Part shown: piece by piece, positions 50,127-63,137 of the stretch
How positions within the stretch are numbered: the stretch's first letter is position 1
Layout of the letters: each line of letters begins with the position of its first letter
DNA from: Azolla caroliniana
Taxonomy: Eukaryota > Plantae > Polypodiophyta
DNA length: 64,000 bases
Assembly (NCBI GenBank): GCA_043228905.1
Contig: JBHGNT010000005.1
Span: forward strand, 10,788,001 to 10,852,000
Direction of reading: 5' to 3'
Translations under genes and position numbers: made by a program
Notes under the pieces: generated by a model
Database searches by the model: none
Told to the model about the DNA's origin: nothing
What the model saw: the letters and a program-made list of their open reading frames with translations, nothing else

Positions 50127-53100
50127 TGTAAAGAATCAAGAGATGGATTCTTGTGAAGCGGAAGAGATGTGAGTTATGTGTGTGTGTAAGAGAGAGAGTG
50201 AAACACAGAGAATACACAAGGTAAAAGTATATTGACAAAGGAGAAAGACTCAACCTTATACAAGGTGGGAGGAGGGTGCTTTATGTAGTCACCCTCTCTC
50301 TTCATTAACTACAAGACTCATGGAGCATGGGGAATATGAAAGTTCATAAGTTATGTGTCATAGAATATGATTCTATGACTCATACTAAATGCTAGAATAC
50401 AAAGTGGTGACTTAATGGTAACTCTTGACCGTTGGAGTGTCTATTCACTCTCAAGGTGAGTTCACACACTACAACAAGTTGAGCTTGATTCTCAACACGC
50501 CCCCTCAAGCTCAAGTCGGGTTGGTTTCAGACGGTATCTGAAATCCGCTTCGACTCACGTTCCGGTGTCCGCGTTGACTCGCGTCGACTTGCTTTATGTG
50601 GAGTTGCGGAATCTGTGCTCCAACTTGCGTTGTGCATAGTTGCGAAGTCTGTGCTTCGGCTTGCATCTTTCTTCGTGGCTTTGAGCGGTAGATCGGCTCT
50701 TCGCATCTTCATTGCATGGTTTCGGAATCCACACGTTATTGCGTAATGCGCGGTTGCGGAATCTACGCGTTATTGCATAGTGTCTTGCGTACTCCCCCTC
50801 AAGCTTGGCGGGTCAGGGATCGTTAATCCGAGATTGGTCATGAATTGCCATAGTTTGTCGGCTCCTAAAGCCTTAGTGAAGATGTTGGCTGTTTGAAGAT
50901 TTGTGCTAATGTGTTGTAGGTCGACATCGCCAACTAGAACGCGCTCTCGGATGAAGTGATAGTGCACTTCGATGTGCTTTGTCTGCGCGTGGAACACTGG
51001 GTTCCGAGCCAGATAGATACTGCTCATGTTGTCGTAGTAAAGGGAAGTCGGATCCTTGATGGGTACGCCCAGATCCTTCAAAATCCTCTTGAGCCATACA
51101 GCTTCACATGCAGCTACGACTGCGCCCCTGTATTCCGCCTCCGTACTCGAAAGAGCGACGGTAGGCTGCTTCTTGCTACTCCAGGATATTGCTCCGCTGC
51201 CGAGGGAGAAAACAAATCCGGAGGTTGATCTTCTATCGGCTTTGTAGCCGGCCCAATCGGCGTCTGTGTACCCCTCAAGTCGTATTGGCATCATGGTCTT
51301 GTAGAGGATGCCGCAATCCATTGTGCCACTCACGTATCGCAGAACTCGCTTAGCGCAATCCAAGTGAGTATCACATGGTGTTTGCATGAATTGGCTAAGG
51401 AGACCAACTGGATAACTGAGATCGGGTCGAGTGATCGTGAGGTAGATGAGACTCCCGATGAGTTGCCGATACTAAGTCGGCTCACACGCTTTGGTGCCGG
51501 AGTTCGCATCTAGTTTGAGATTACGATCGAGCGGGGTTGCCACAGATTTGCACTTAGCCATACCGAACTTGTATAACAAGTTGAGGATGTAGTGCCGTTG
51601 AGAAATCATGATTCCGGCCGGAGTCCAAATTACCTCGATGCCGAGGAAGTAGTGGAGTTCCTTCATTTCTGTCATCTCGAACTTGTCGGAAAGGAGGGAT
51701 TTGACCTTACTGATTTCGAGGAGATGCTCACCTCCAATGACTAGGTCATCCACATATAAGATGATGATGATCAGACTTGCGGAATCACTTCGTATGTAGA
51801 GGGAGTTGTCCGATTTTGACATACAGAAGCCGATTTGATGAAGATATTGCGTTATCTTCGAATGCCAAGCACGCGGTGCTTGCTTGAGGCCGTAGAGTGG
51901 CTTCTTGAGTCGGCAAACAACTTTCGGATGGGTGCTCGAGTTGAAGCCGGGTAGTTGGATCATGTACACCTCCTCTTCTAATTCACCTTGTAGAAAGGCG
52001 TTCTTGACGTCCATTTGATGGAGGTGCCACCCTTTCGCCGCGGCAATCGCAATTACGGTCCGCACCGTCGTCATCTTTGCCACCGGGGCAAAGGTCTCTT
52101 CGTAGTCGACACCATGCGTCTGAGAGTATCTTTCGCTACGAGTTGAGCTTTGTAGCGGTTTACGGAGCCATCGGCGTTATACTTCACCTTGTAGATCCAT
52201 CTGCATCTGATCGCCTTTTTGTGTGGTGAGGTGGGAACGAGATCCCACGTCTCGTTCTTCCGTAGTGCCTACATCTCCTCGTTCATTGCTTCGATCCATC
52301 GCGGGTCCTTCGCGGCTTCCGAAAAAGTTTCCGGCTCTCGTACCGTCGCTACCTTCATCATAAAGGCATAATGGTATGCCATATAATCGTTGTAGCCAAA
52401 TCGGCTTACGGGGTTCTTTTCACGAGTCGATCGGTGGAGCTTTTCATTTGCAGAGACGAGGGCTTTCTTAGCTCCGATTGGTACCTCGAAACTACCAAAC
52501 TCACTGCGAGTGAGTGAGTCGACTCGTCGTCGTTGAAGTGATCGTCTTCGTATTCCGACATTTTCGCCTTGCCTTTGTCCATCTTCGGGCTAGGCCGTGA
52601 TGTGCTTCGATCGCTCAACGGCTCTTGAGGTCCGCTCAGTCGGGTCGTGATAAGACTTTCTTCGATCATGCGCGTAGGGTGATCTTCATCCTCGATCTCT
52701 TGGTCGGTAGATTCCGGTTCGAGCGGAGTCGGAGTTGGAGTTGTCTCTGGTGCGTACCAGGATGCGGACTCGTCAAAAACGACATCTCGACTTACTCGAG
52801 ATTTTCGAGTTGAAGGGTTGTAGCACTTGTACCCCTTTTGCTCCAATGAGTATCCTACGAGGATACATTTCTCCGACTTCGGGTCAAGCTTTTGACTCTT
52901 CTCGTCAGGGATGTGCACGTACGCTATCGCTCTGAATATGCGGATGTGCGATAAGTTCGGCTTCTTTCCGAAGTATTTTTCGTGCTGAGTGACCTCGTGC
53001 ACGCTGGATGTTGTGCACCGATTCATTAGGTAGACGGCCATATTTGCAGCTTCAGCCCAATATGACTTCGAGGCCCGTGCTACTTCGAGGATGTGCCGAT

Positions 53101-55390
53101 TTTTGCGCTCGGCTACCCCGTTTTGTTGCGGAGTGTGTTGGCAAGTGAATTCTCGCCGAATTCCTTCCTTTTGGAGATATGTCGTGAAGTTGTCCGAGAA
53201 GTACTCCTTGCCGCCATCTGATCGAAGACAACGTACATGTCGGCCCGTGGCTTTCTCGACTTCATTCTTGAAAGTTTGGAAGTGTCCGAACACTTCGCTC
53301 TTTTGCCGCATTGGGTAGATCCAAGTGTGCCTAGAGAAGTCATCAATGAAGAGCACGTAATATCGGCATCCGCCGAATGAAGCCGTCTGCGCCGGTCCCC
53401 ATACGTCGGAATGGACTACATCGAGTAGACCTTTGCTCATGTTCTGCTCTTTCGGGAATGGGTGTCGGTGTTGCTTGCCAAATTGGCACGCTTCGCATAC
53501 ACCTTCAATCTCCTTTTCTTTGAATGTCGGGAGTCCGATGACGACTCCTTTCGATTTCATTGCTTTGAGTTTGTTGAGATTGATGTGGCCGATTCACTTG
53601 TGCCATAGCTCTATGTCGGAGTCGACTTTCGTGTTTTTCGCGAACATGACGGATTTCATCTCGCGTGAATCGAGAATGAACATCCGGCCCTCTCTTCGTC
53701 CGCGTGCGATGAGTTGGCCCTCTTTTTCGATGAAGCAACCGCCTTGATTAAATTGAACTTGCATCCCTTGCTCTACAATTTGGCCGACGGAGACCAAATT
53801 CTTCGTAATGGTTGGTACATGCAAGACATTTTTAATGTAATTTTGCTTACCTTCTTTTCCGAACAGAACATTGTCAATGTGCCGAATCGGGTGCGTAGTG
53901 TCGTCTCCAGTTTCGACATAGCCGGGTCGGTCCAGCTCTCGAAGTTCTCAGAACCATTCTTCATGCGATGTCATATGGTTCGAGGCACCGGAATCGACGA
54001 ACCATACGTCTTCCGGACCGGAGGCACTAGTTGAGGTAGCGGCCGACATAGAATTTGCTCTATGTTTCATCATGAACATTCCGCCACGGTCGGAGTTGTG
54101 CGCATACATTCTGCCACGATCTTCGTAGTCGGATTTGTGCCTGTACATTTCGCCACAGTCGGAGTTGTGCACATACATTGGCCGAATTGGCCTCTCGCTC
54201 GTCCGCTTCCTCTTCCTCCATTAGAGTGCGTGTAGAGCATGTGGCCTTCCGACTCATTGCTCCTTGTTCGCACATGGTTTTCTTTGACCAATAGCATTGA
54301 TTGGAGCTCGAAGAAGGAGGGAGATTTCTCCTGTGCTAGAACGACGGTTCGCATTGTGCCAAACCGTGGTGCGAGGCCGCCGAGGCATATTTGCACCATC
54401 TCATCATCATCTATACTTACGCTTATTAAGCCGAGCGAGTCGCAAAGCTCCTTGATCTTCAAGGTGTATGTCGTGATGGACATGTCCCTTTGTTGAATGT
54501 TGTTCAACTCTTGGCGGAGTTGAAGCTTCCTCGCGGTCGTGTTGGCGGCGAAAATCTTTCGTAGATTTTCCCGCGCTTCCTTCGGCGTCTTGGCTTCTCG
54601 AATGTAACCGAGCATGTGGTCGTGAACACATGTCGCCAAACAATACATCACGCGGCTTGCGGCTTGCTCCCATGTTGCGTATCCGGGAGCCGCTTCGGCG
54701 GGTCGGTCTTCATGCGCTCCTTTGATGTAGCTCCAATAGCCTTGTCCGACAAGGTATTGGTGCATCTTGTACTCCCAAGATGCGAAGTTGTTTCGATCCA
54801 ACTTCTTGGTAGGGAGAGCGTTCCCCATTTGAGTATTCATTATGTCGATTCTTCTTCTTTTTCTTCTCTCTTCGAATGCGAGCTATGTAGCGAAGCTATG
54901 ATAGCTATGAGCCGGTTCTTGGTCGTCGGCGTAGAGCACAATAAACGATCACCATGAGGCGAATGGGCTAGATCGAGCTACCAAATCGCTCTGATACCAT
55001 GTAAAGAATCAAGAGATGGATTCTTGTGAAGCGGAAGAGATGTGAGTTATGTGTGTGTGTAAGAGAGAGAGAGAGAGAGAGAGTGAAACACAGAGAATAT
55101 GCAAGGTAAAAGTATATTGACAAAGGAGAAAGACTCAACCTTATACAAGGTGGGAGGAGGGTGCTTTATGTAGTTACCCTCTCTCTTCATTAACTACAAG
55201 AGTCATGGAGCATGGGGAATATGAAAGCTCATAAGTTATGTGTCATAGAATATGATTCTATGATTCTATGACTCATACTAAATGCTAGAATACAAAGTGG
55301 TGACTTAATGGTGACTCTTGACCGTTGGAGTGTCTATTCACTCTCAAGGTGAGTTCACACACTAGACCAAGTTGAGCTTGATTCTCAACA
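50127..55390 (-). mobile_element. Full-length degenerate Ty1/copia element C
   Basis: TSD CTACA (50122-50126, 55391-55395); LTRs 50127-50497 and 55000-55390 (about 8 substitutions plus indels); PBS 54999-54988; PPT next to 50497. Confidence 0.95.
50770..54840 (-). pseudogene. Copia C gag-pol with frameshifts and stops
   Basis: KLDRNNFASW, VDSGASNHM, SDGGKEY, QMDVKNAFL, YVDD, TDADW, TKHIEV. Confidence 0.9.
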
Positions 55391-55593
55391 CTACAGCATA
55401 AGGATCAACAATCGGGTGAGGTATAACCGGTGTGGCTGCTTGAAGTTCTTGAACAGAGTTTCGCAAGTTCGCATTTTCATGTTGGAGTTGTTGCACAACT
55501 GCCAAAATTTGCTTAAGATTACTAGATGATTCTGACATGATAGTGTATTGAGAAAGAAGGAAAGAAGGAAAGAAGGAAAGAAGGAAAGAAATC

Positions 55594-55967
55594 TGTCACG
55601 GATGAACAATTGGGGGTAAAGAGATGGGGAAGTTGATGAGATAGGGAGATCGAGAAGTTGATGATAATGAGTAAAAATATCTATTCCATGACTGGTGTTG
55701 ATCTCCTTGATGTTAACAAGGGAGATCAACCCTTTTTACACATGTAGTGATGCATGATAAGCATGCTCATGCCAAGTCTTACATACTATAATATCAAGCA
55801 TACTAATTCTTGCATGCCAAGTCTTACATACTGAGTCTTACATATTGAGTCTTACATACTAGGTCTTACATACCACTCTTTATACAAAGGTTTGAAGTCT
55901 AAAGTTTGTCTAGGAGAAATATATATACAAGGGCCTAAGGTTCACATTCGAGTCGATGTTCATGACA
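55594..55967 (-). repeat. Probable 5' LTR of the host gypsy (374 bp)
   Basis: TGTCA...TGACA termini 55 nt upstream of the gag ATG (55538); internal AGTCTTACATA repeats. Confidence 0.7.
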
Positions 55968-56189
55968 CCTTCTCACACCATTTTTATGTCTTGCCGCACC
56001 AACTCTTCCCCCTCACCTTAGGATCCGATTAGTTCATCCAACGTCGCACCAACAACTCCTTCTCCCACAAGCTCCTCTGCTCCCCCTCCTGCCCAGTAGC
56101 CCCACAGTCCTCCACCTCAACTAGATATAGGTGGCCCTAAGTCCACAAGAGCGGTTGATTACCTTCCTAATGGCAACTTTTTCAACGTC

Positions 56190-56720
56190 TCTTCCTTTAC
56201 AAACTTGGCAACCAATTCTTCCAATTCATCAATGCATAAACTAAATGGAGTTGGTGAGAGTGGGCATCCTTGCTTAACACCAATAGTGCAATAGAAAAAT
56301 ATGAAAGTCTATCACCTATACCCACACAACATATAACCTTCTCATAGATTTGGGAAATTGCAAGCATATATTCACTTGGAACCTCGTGTTCTTCCATTCG
56401 CCTCCAAAGATGCTCATGAGGTATCATATCAAAAGCTTTCTAGAAGTCTACAAAGCAACAATCTAAATCTTTATCTCCCATGCAACTTTCCTCCATTAAT
56501 ACATGAAGGATGACAAGGTGATCAATGCGACTATGGAGTTCGAAAGCCAACTTGTCCAAATATATCCAAATAATTTTCCATTAGCGAACCAACCATGATG
56601 GTTTGATAACTGTTTACATTATTTACATCTTCACCTTTATGTAAAATGTTTGATCATGTTTGTAGTCTAATTGTAGGGCATGGCATGTTGCAAGGCATGA
56701 TTAAACATATCACTTATGCA
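56190..56720 (-). mobile_element. LINE (non-LTR) reverse transcriptase fragment
   Basis: YQTIMV, CCFVDF*KAFD.IP...LW and GVKQGCPLSP motifs with frameshifts. Confidence 0.8.
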
Positions 56721-56753
56721 TGTATGTGCTCCCTTTTGTATGGAATAGTGCTC

Positions 56754-58548
56754 TGTCACAACCGAGTCTCAATCACTCAATGGAAGAAATAGAAAATAAA
56801 ACAATAGATAGAATGCACTTACACAATCAAAACAAGGCGACATAGGATATTAACGTGAAGACCCTAATCGGGAAAGACCACGGGAACCCACAAAATCCAA
56901 CTATCACTATGAGAGAGGAAGGGTACAATGGGAAACTCAGAGGGAAGGACCTCGAGATCTATCTTCGCCTACCGACGGTTACAACAGAAAATACTTTCTG
57001 TTTCTCTCTCTCTCTCTCTAGCTGTCTCTTTGTACAACTCAGACTCTCACACAAAGAATAATGACACACTATCATATTTGCCCTAAGTTATATTTATACT
57101 TATATAACTTACAGGCTATTTACAAATGTGGCCTAAACAGCCCATAAGAAACATATTTACAAATATGTCTCTCTTCACGGTTCATACCGGATCCAGTTGG
57201 ACCCCTTCCCGGTCCATCCAATTCGATTTCCGGTCGCTCCGATCCATTTACTTTCTTCTTCGGCTTCTCCGATCCCCATCTGGAGGGACTGATATCTCAA
57301 CGATCTCCCCCTTCCCTCTGGTATGGGGTCTTTGTCAGTCCGACCCGTCTCCGACATGCGTCTAGTTTGTCGGCTGATAGCACCTTGGTCAACATATCCG
57401 ACCCGTTCTCCTTCGTATGGATCTTCATCAGTGAAAATTCTTTATCTTCTACCTTCTCTTGGAGCTAGTGGTGTCTCCTCTAGATGTGCTTAGTCCGGGA
57501 GTGATAGGCCGCATTCTTTGCAAGGTGGATGACACTTTGACTATCGCAGTAGAGAATGTATTCCTCCTGCCGGATTCCTAGATCTCCGATGATGTCCTTC
57601 ATCCAGATTACTTCCTTGCCGGCTTCCACGGTTGCCATGTACTTTACTTCCATTGTCGATAGTACAACGGACTTCTGTAACCTTGACTGCCATGATAAGA
57701 CTCCCCTTGCATATGTCATGACGTCTGGTATCTGCATCAATCGACATGTCCGAATTGATGAAGCCTCCCAATAGGGCTTTACTGGAACCAAATCGGGGGC
57801 ACATGCTCGAGGTGCTTTTCAGGTACAAAAGTATCCACTTGACGGCAGCCCGGTGTTCTCTTCCCGGATTGCTCATGAACCGGCTGACCACTCTGACTGC
57901 GTATCCAATGTCCGGTCATGTACACACCATTGCGTACATCAAGCTTCTGACTGTGGAGGCATACGGTACCTTCATCATCTCTGCTTTCTCCACCTTTGTC
58001 TTCGGGCTTTGCTTTCCGAACAAATTGCAATTTGTCGAAAGTGTCGACCCAACCGGCGTGACATCCGACATACTGAACCTTTGAAGCACCTTTGTCACAT
58101 ACTTCTCCTGTGACAACTACAATACCTTCTCCTTCCGGTTCCGAATGATATGCATTCCCAGGACCTGTCTTGTCAGACCCATATCTTTCATTGAAAAGGA
58201 CCGATTCAAGGCTTTCTTCAACATTTCGATCTTGATATGGTCCCGTCCCACGATCAACATGTTGTCCACATATAGTAGAAGGATTAAGAAGTATTCTCCG
58301 TCGAACTTCTTCACAGACACACAGTGGTCGGCCTGCGTCTTGTGATATCCTTGATCGGTCATAATGGAGTCAAACTTCCGGCATCATTGCCGAGGGGCTT
58401 GCTTCAGTCCATATAAGCTCTTCTTCAACCGGCACACCAAGTTCTCCTTCCCTTTCTTTACGAATCCCTTTGACTACTGCATGTAGATCTCTTCTTCGAG
58501 GTCGCCATGTAGGAATACCATCTTGACGTCTAGTTGCTCTACCTCGAG
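56754..58548 (-). mobile_element. Copia D 3' fragment (RT-RH, PPT, 3' LTR about 57302-56754), related to copia A
   Basis: RT/RH peptides nearly match copia A (SQEKYVTKVL, HLAKNAAYHSRTKHI); LTR start resembles the copia A LTR; degenerate. Confidence 0.85.
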
Positions 58549-58628
58549 TGTTGGGGACAAGGTTGTCAATGCGGAAGTGCAAGCTACATTCGTGATGAAG
58601 AAGAACTTGTCCTATGTATGCGCATAAG

Positions 58629-58697
<69 letters not shown>

Positions 58698-58895
58698 AAG
58701 GCACAAAGAAAATGAAATATTGCAATAGCAACAATTACAAAGAATGACAACCAACCTTTACTAAAAGTTACAAAGTCACTTTATATAGTGACTATCCTAG
58801 GGCAACTGCCCTTTATGCTATTTACAGAAATAGCCCAAACTTGGAATGTCCAAATGGACAGTGTGAATACGGCCATTATACACTCGTATTTGACA
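58549..58895 (-). repeat. 3' LTR of copia E (347 bp), inserted in copia D RT
   Basis: Minus strand TGTCA...CAACA next to PPT GGGGGAG (58902-58896); contains a (GA)n tract. Confidence 0.75.
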
Positions 58896-61800
58896 CTCCC
58901 CCGTAATGGGCGTATACATGGGTTATACTAAAGTTACAGGTATATACAAGGTTGTCGGATAGATTGGTTTTGTTCGAGTTGGCAGGATCCGAAGACTGAA
59001 GCCCGATCCTCAAAGAACCGATGCCTATTGTCCGAAACCATCCTATGCTGTGTGTCTGACTTTAATTGGACCGATTTTTCGTTACGCCCATCTAGTGCGA
59101 AAGGGACTAGAAACGATCTGCTGAAAGACACTTGGTCATTCCATTTGCGACATTATCGGTTGTGGATATTTTCTCGAGACCTATTTTCCCTGAAATGACG
59201 TAGTCCCGAACGAAGTGATATCGAACGTCGATATGCTTGGAGGCGTTGTGGTGAACCGGATTCTTTGACAAAGCAACAACACCCTAACTATCATTGTAGA
59301 CAACTAGAGCCGAGTTGGAGTCGACTTGTCGAAATGTCTGCGCTAGTCGACGAAGCCATAAGGCTTCTTTTCCCGCGTGGGACGCAACTACATATTCTAC
59401 TTCGGTCGTTGAGGTGGCTGTGCACTCCTGAAGTTTCGACTTCCACAAGATTGCTCCATTGCCGAATTTGAAGCAATATACGGTTGTTGATTTCCGATTG
59501 TCCACATAGCCGGCGAAGTCCGGGTCGGTGTAACCGACTACGCCTGAGGTTGGGTTCGAGCCAAACAGGATGCCGAGGTCTTTTGTGCCAGCCAGATATC
59601 TAAACACATGCTTGACTGCGTTCCAGTGCGATCGGTCGGGGTTGTGCATGAATCTACTAACGACTCCTACGACATGAGATATATCAGGCCGTGTTGCGAC
59701 CATCGTGTACATAAGGGAGCTGATTGCCGGTGCATACGGTACCGAGTTCATATCTTCCCCCTCTAGTCCGGATGTCTGGCAGTCTCGCTGAGACAGTCGA
59801 AGGTGAATAGGGAGTGGGGTCGAAGTAGATTTGGCCGAGTGCATGTTGAAGTGTTCCAAGACATGTCCGATGTAGTCGGTTTGAGACAATAAAAGTTGAC
59901 GTTTAACGTGATGCTGACTAATCTTCATACCAAGTATGTGTCTTGCCAGATCGAGGTCATTCCTGGCAAACTTCAACCGTAGTTTCTGAACGAGTTCGGT
60001 GAGCTCTCCGGTGTGCCGACCGGAGCTTAGCATGTCGTCCACGTAGATGATGAGGAAGATGGGTGACCGATCTTGAGCTGTTTGGTGAAGAGACAGTGGT
60101 CCTCATCGCTCTTTGAGAAGCCGACCGATTGGATGAATACGACCATTATACACTCGTATTCGACACTCCCCCGTCATGGGCGTATACATGGGTTATACTA
60201 AAGTACAGGTATATACAAGGTTGTCGGACAGATTGGTTTTGTTCGAGTCGGCAGGATCCGAAGACTGAAGCCCGATCCTCAAAGAACCGATGCCTGTTGT
60301 CCGAAACCATCCTATGCTGTGTGTCTGACTTTAATCGGACCGATTTTTCGTTACGCCCATCTGGTGCCAAAGGGACCGGAAACGATCTACCGAAAGACAC
60401 TTGGTCATTCCATCTGCGACATTATCGGTTGTGGATATTTTCTCGAGATCTATTTTCCCTGAAATGACGTAGTCCCGAACGAAGTGATATCGAACGTCGA
60501 TATGCTTGGAGGCATTGTGGTGAACCAGATTCTTTGACAAAGCAACAACACCCTAACTATCATTGTAGACAACTAGAGCCGAGTTGGAGTCGACTTGTCG
60601 AAATGTCTGCGCTAGTCGACGAAGCCATAAGGCTTCTTTTCCCGCGTGGGACGCAACTACATATTCTACTTCGGTCATTGAGGTGGTTGTGCACTCCTGA
60701 AGTTTCGACTTCCACAAGATTGCTCCATTGCCGAATTTGAAGCAATATACGGTTGTTGATTTTCGACTGTCCACATAGCCGGCGAAGTCCGGGTCGGTGT
60801 AACCGACTACGCCTGAGGTTGGGTTCGAGCCAAACAGGATGCCGAGGTCTTTTGTGCCAGCCAGATATCTAAACACATGCTTGACTGCGTTCCAGTGCGA
60901 TCGGTCGGGGTTGTGCATGAATCTACTAACGACTCCTACGACATGAGATATATCAGGCCGTGTTGCGACCATCGTGTACATAAGGGAGCCGATTGCTGGT
61001 GCATACGGTACCGAGTTCATATCTTCCCCCTCTAGTCCGGATGTCTGGCAGTCTCGCTGAGACAGTCGAAGGTGAATAGGGAGTGGGGTCGAAGTAGATT
61101 TGGCCGAGTGCATGTTGAAGTGTTCCAAGACATGTCCGATGTAGTCGGTTTGAGACAATAAAAGTTGACGTTTAACGTGATGCTGACTAATCTTCATAGA
61201 AAGTATGTGTCTTGCCAAATCGAGGTCCTTCATGGAAAACTTCAACCGTAGTTTCTGAACGAGTTCGGTGAGCTCTCCGGTGTGCCGACCGGAGCTTAGC
61301 ATGTCCTCCACGTAGATGATGAGGAAGATGGGTGACTGATCTTGAGCTGTTTTGGTGAAGAGACAGTGGTCCTCATCGCTCTTTGAGAAGCCGACCGATT
61401 GGATGAATACGATCATTATACACTCGTATTCGACACTCCCCCGTCATGGGCGTATACATGGGTTATACTAAAGTTATTGGTATATACAAGGTTGTCGGAC
61501 AGATTGGTTTTGTTCGAGTCGGCAAGATCCGAAGATTGAAGCCCGATCCTCAAAGAACCGATGCTTGTTGTCCGAAACCATCCTATGCTGTGTGTCTGAC
61601 TTTAATCGGACCGATTTTTCGTTACGCCCATCTGGTGCCAAAGGGACCAGAAACGATCTGCTGAAAGACACTTGGTCATTCCATCTGTGACATTATCAGT
61701 TGTGGATATTTTCTCGAGACCTATTTTCCCTGAAATGACGTAGTCCCGAATGAAGTGATATCGAACGTCGATATGCTTGGAGGCGTTGTGGTGAACCGGA

Positions 61801-63137
61801 TTCTTTGACAAAGCAACAACACCCTAACTATCATTGTAGACAACTAGAGCACAAGTCGGAGTCGACTTGTCGAAATGTCTGCGCTAGTCGACCGAGCCAT
61901 AAGGCTTCTTTTCCTGCGTGGGACACAACAACATATTCTACTTCGGTCGTTGAGGTGGCTGTGCACTCCTGAAGTTTCGACTTCCACAAGATTGCTCCAT
62001 TGCCGAATTTGAAGCAATATCCAGTTGTTGATTTCCGACTGTCCACATAGCCCGCGAAGTCCGAGTCGGTGTAACCGACTACGCCTGAGGTTGGGTTCGA
62101 GCAAAATAGGATGCCGAGGTCTTTTGTGCCAGCCAGATATCTGAACACATGCTTGATTGCGTTCCAGTGCGATCGGTCGGGGTTGTGCATGAATCTGCTG
62201 ACGACTCCTACGACATGAGAAATATCAGGCCGTGTTGCGACCATTGCGTACATAAGGGAGCCGACTGCCGGTGCATACGGTACTGACTTCATATCTTCCC
62301 CCTCTGGACCAGATGTCTGGCAGTCTCCCTGAGACAGTCGAAGGTTAATGGGGAGTGGGGTTGAAGTAGACTTGGCCAAGTGCATGTTGAAGTGTTCCAA
62401 GACACGTCCGATGTATTCGGTTTGAGACAATAAAAGTTGTCGTTTAACGTGATGCTGACTAATCTTCATACCAAGTATGTGTCTTGCCAGACCGCGGTCC
62501 TTGATGGCAAACTTCAACCGCAGTTTCTGAACAAGTTCGGTGAGCTCTCCGGTGTGCCGACCGGAGCTTAGCATGTCATCGATGTAGATGATGAGGAAGA
62601 TGGGTGACCGATCTTGAGCTGTTTGGTGAAGAGACAGTGGTCCTCATCGCTCTTTGAGAAGCCGACCGATTGGATGAATACGACCATTATACACTCGTAT
62701 TCGACACTCCCCCGTAATGGGCATATACATGGGTTATCTAAAAAATTCTAGGTATATACAAGGTTTATCGAACAGATCGGTTTTGTTAGAGTTGGCAAGA
62801 TCCGAAGACAGAAGACCGAACTAGTCGGGTCGGAAGAGCTGAAGCCGAACCTCAAAGAACCGATGTTTGTTGTCCGAAGCCGTCATGTACTGTATGTCCA
62901 ACTTTAACCAGACTGATTTTTCGTAACGCCCATCTAGTGCCAAAGGAACCGGAAACGATCCGCCGAAAGACACTTGGTCATTCCATCTACGACATTATCG
63001 GTTGTGGATATTTTCTTGAGACCGATTTTCCCTGAAATGACGCAGTCCCGAATGAAGTGATATCGAACGTCGATATGCTTGGAGGCATTGTGGAGAACCG
63101 GATTCTTTGACAAAGCAACAACACCCTGATTGTCGCT
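58865..63137 (-). repeat. Tandem array, about 3.4 x 1270 bp, of copia E RT-RH end, 3' UTR, PPT and LTR tip
   Basis: Units start at 58865, 60135, 61405 and 62676; near-identical ORFs at 59284-60042, 60553-61416 and 61831-62574. Confidence 0.95.

Larger units (their letters stand above)
27860..55967 (-). mobile_element. Host Tcn1/sushi-like Ty3/gypsy element split by three copia insertions; 3' end missing
   Basis: Pieces 55967-55391, 50126-49064, 43614-40613 and 27930-27860 rejoin in frame across TSDs (YAV|EPN, LIVP|IPVEV, LHT|STSVTPFFAN). Confidence 0.9.
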
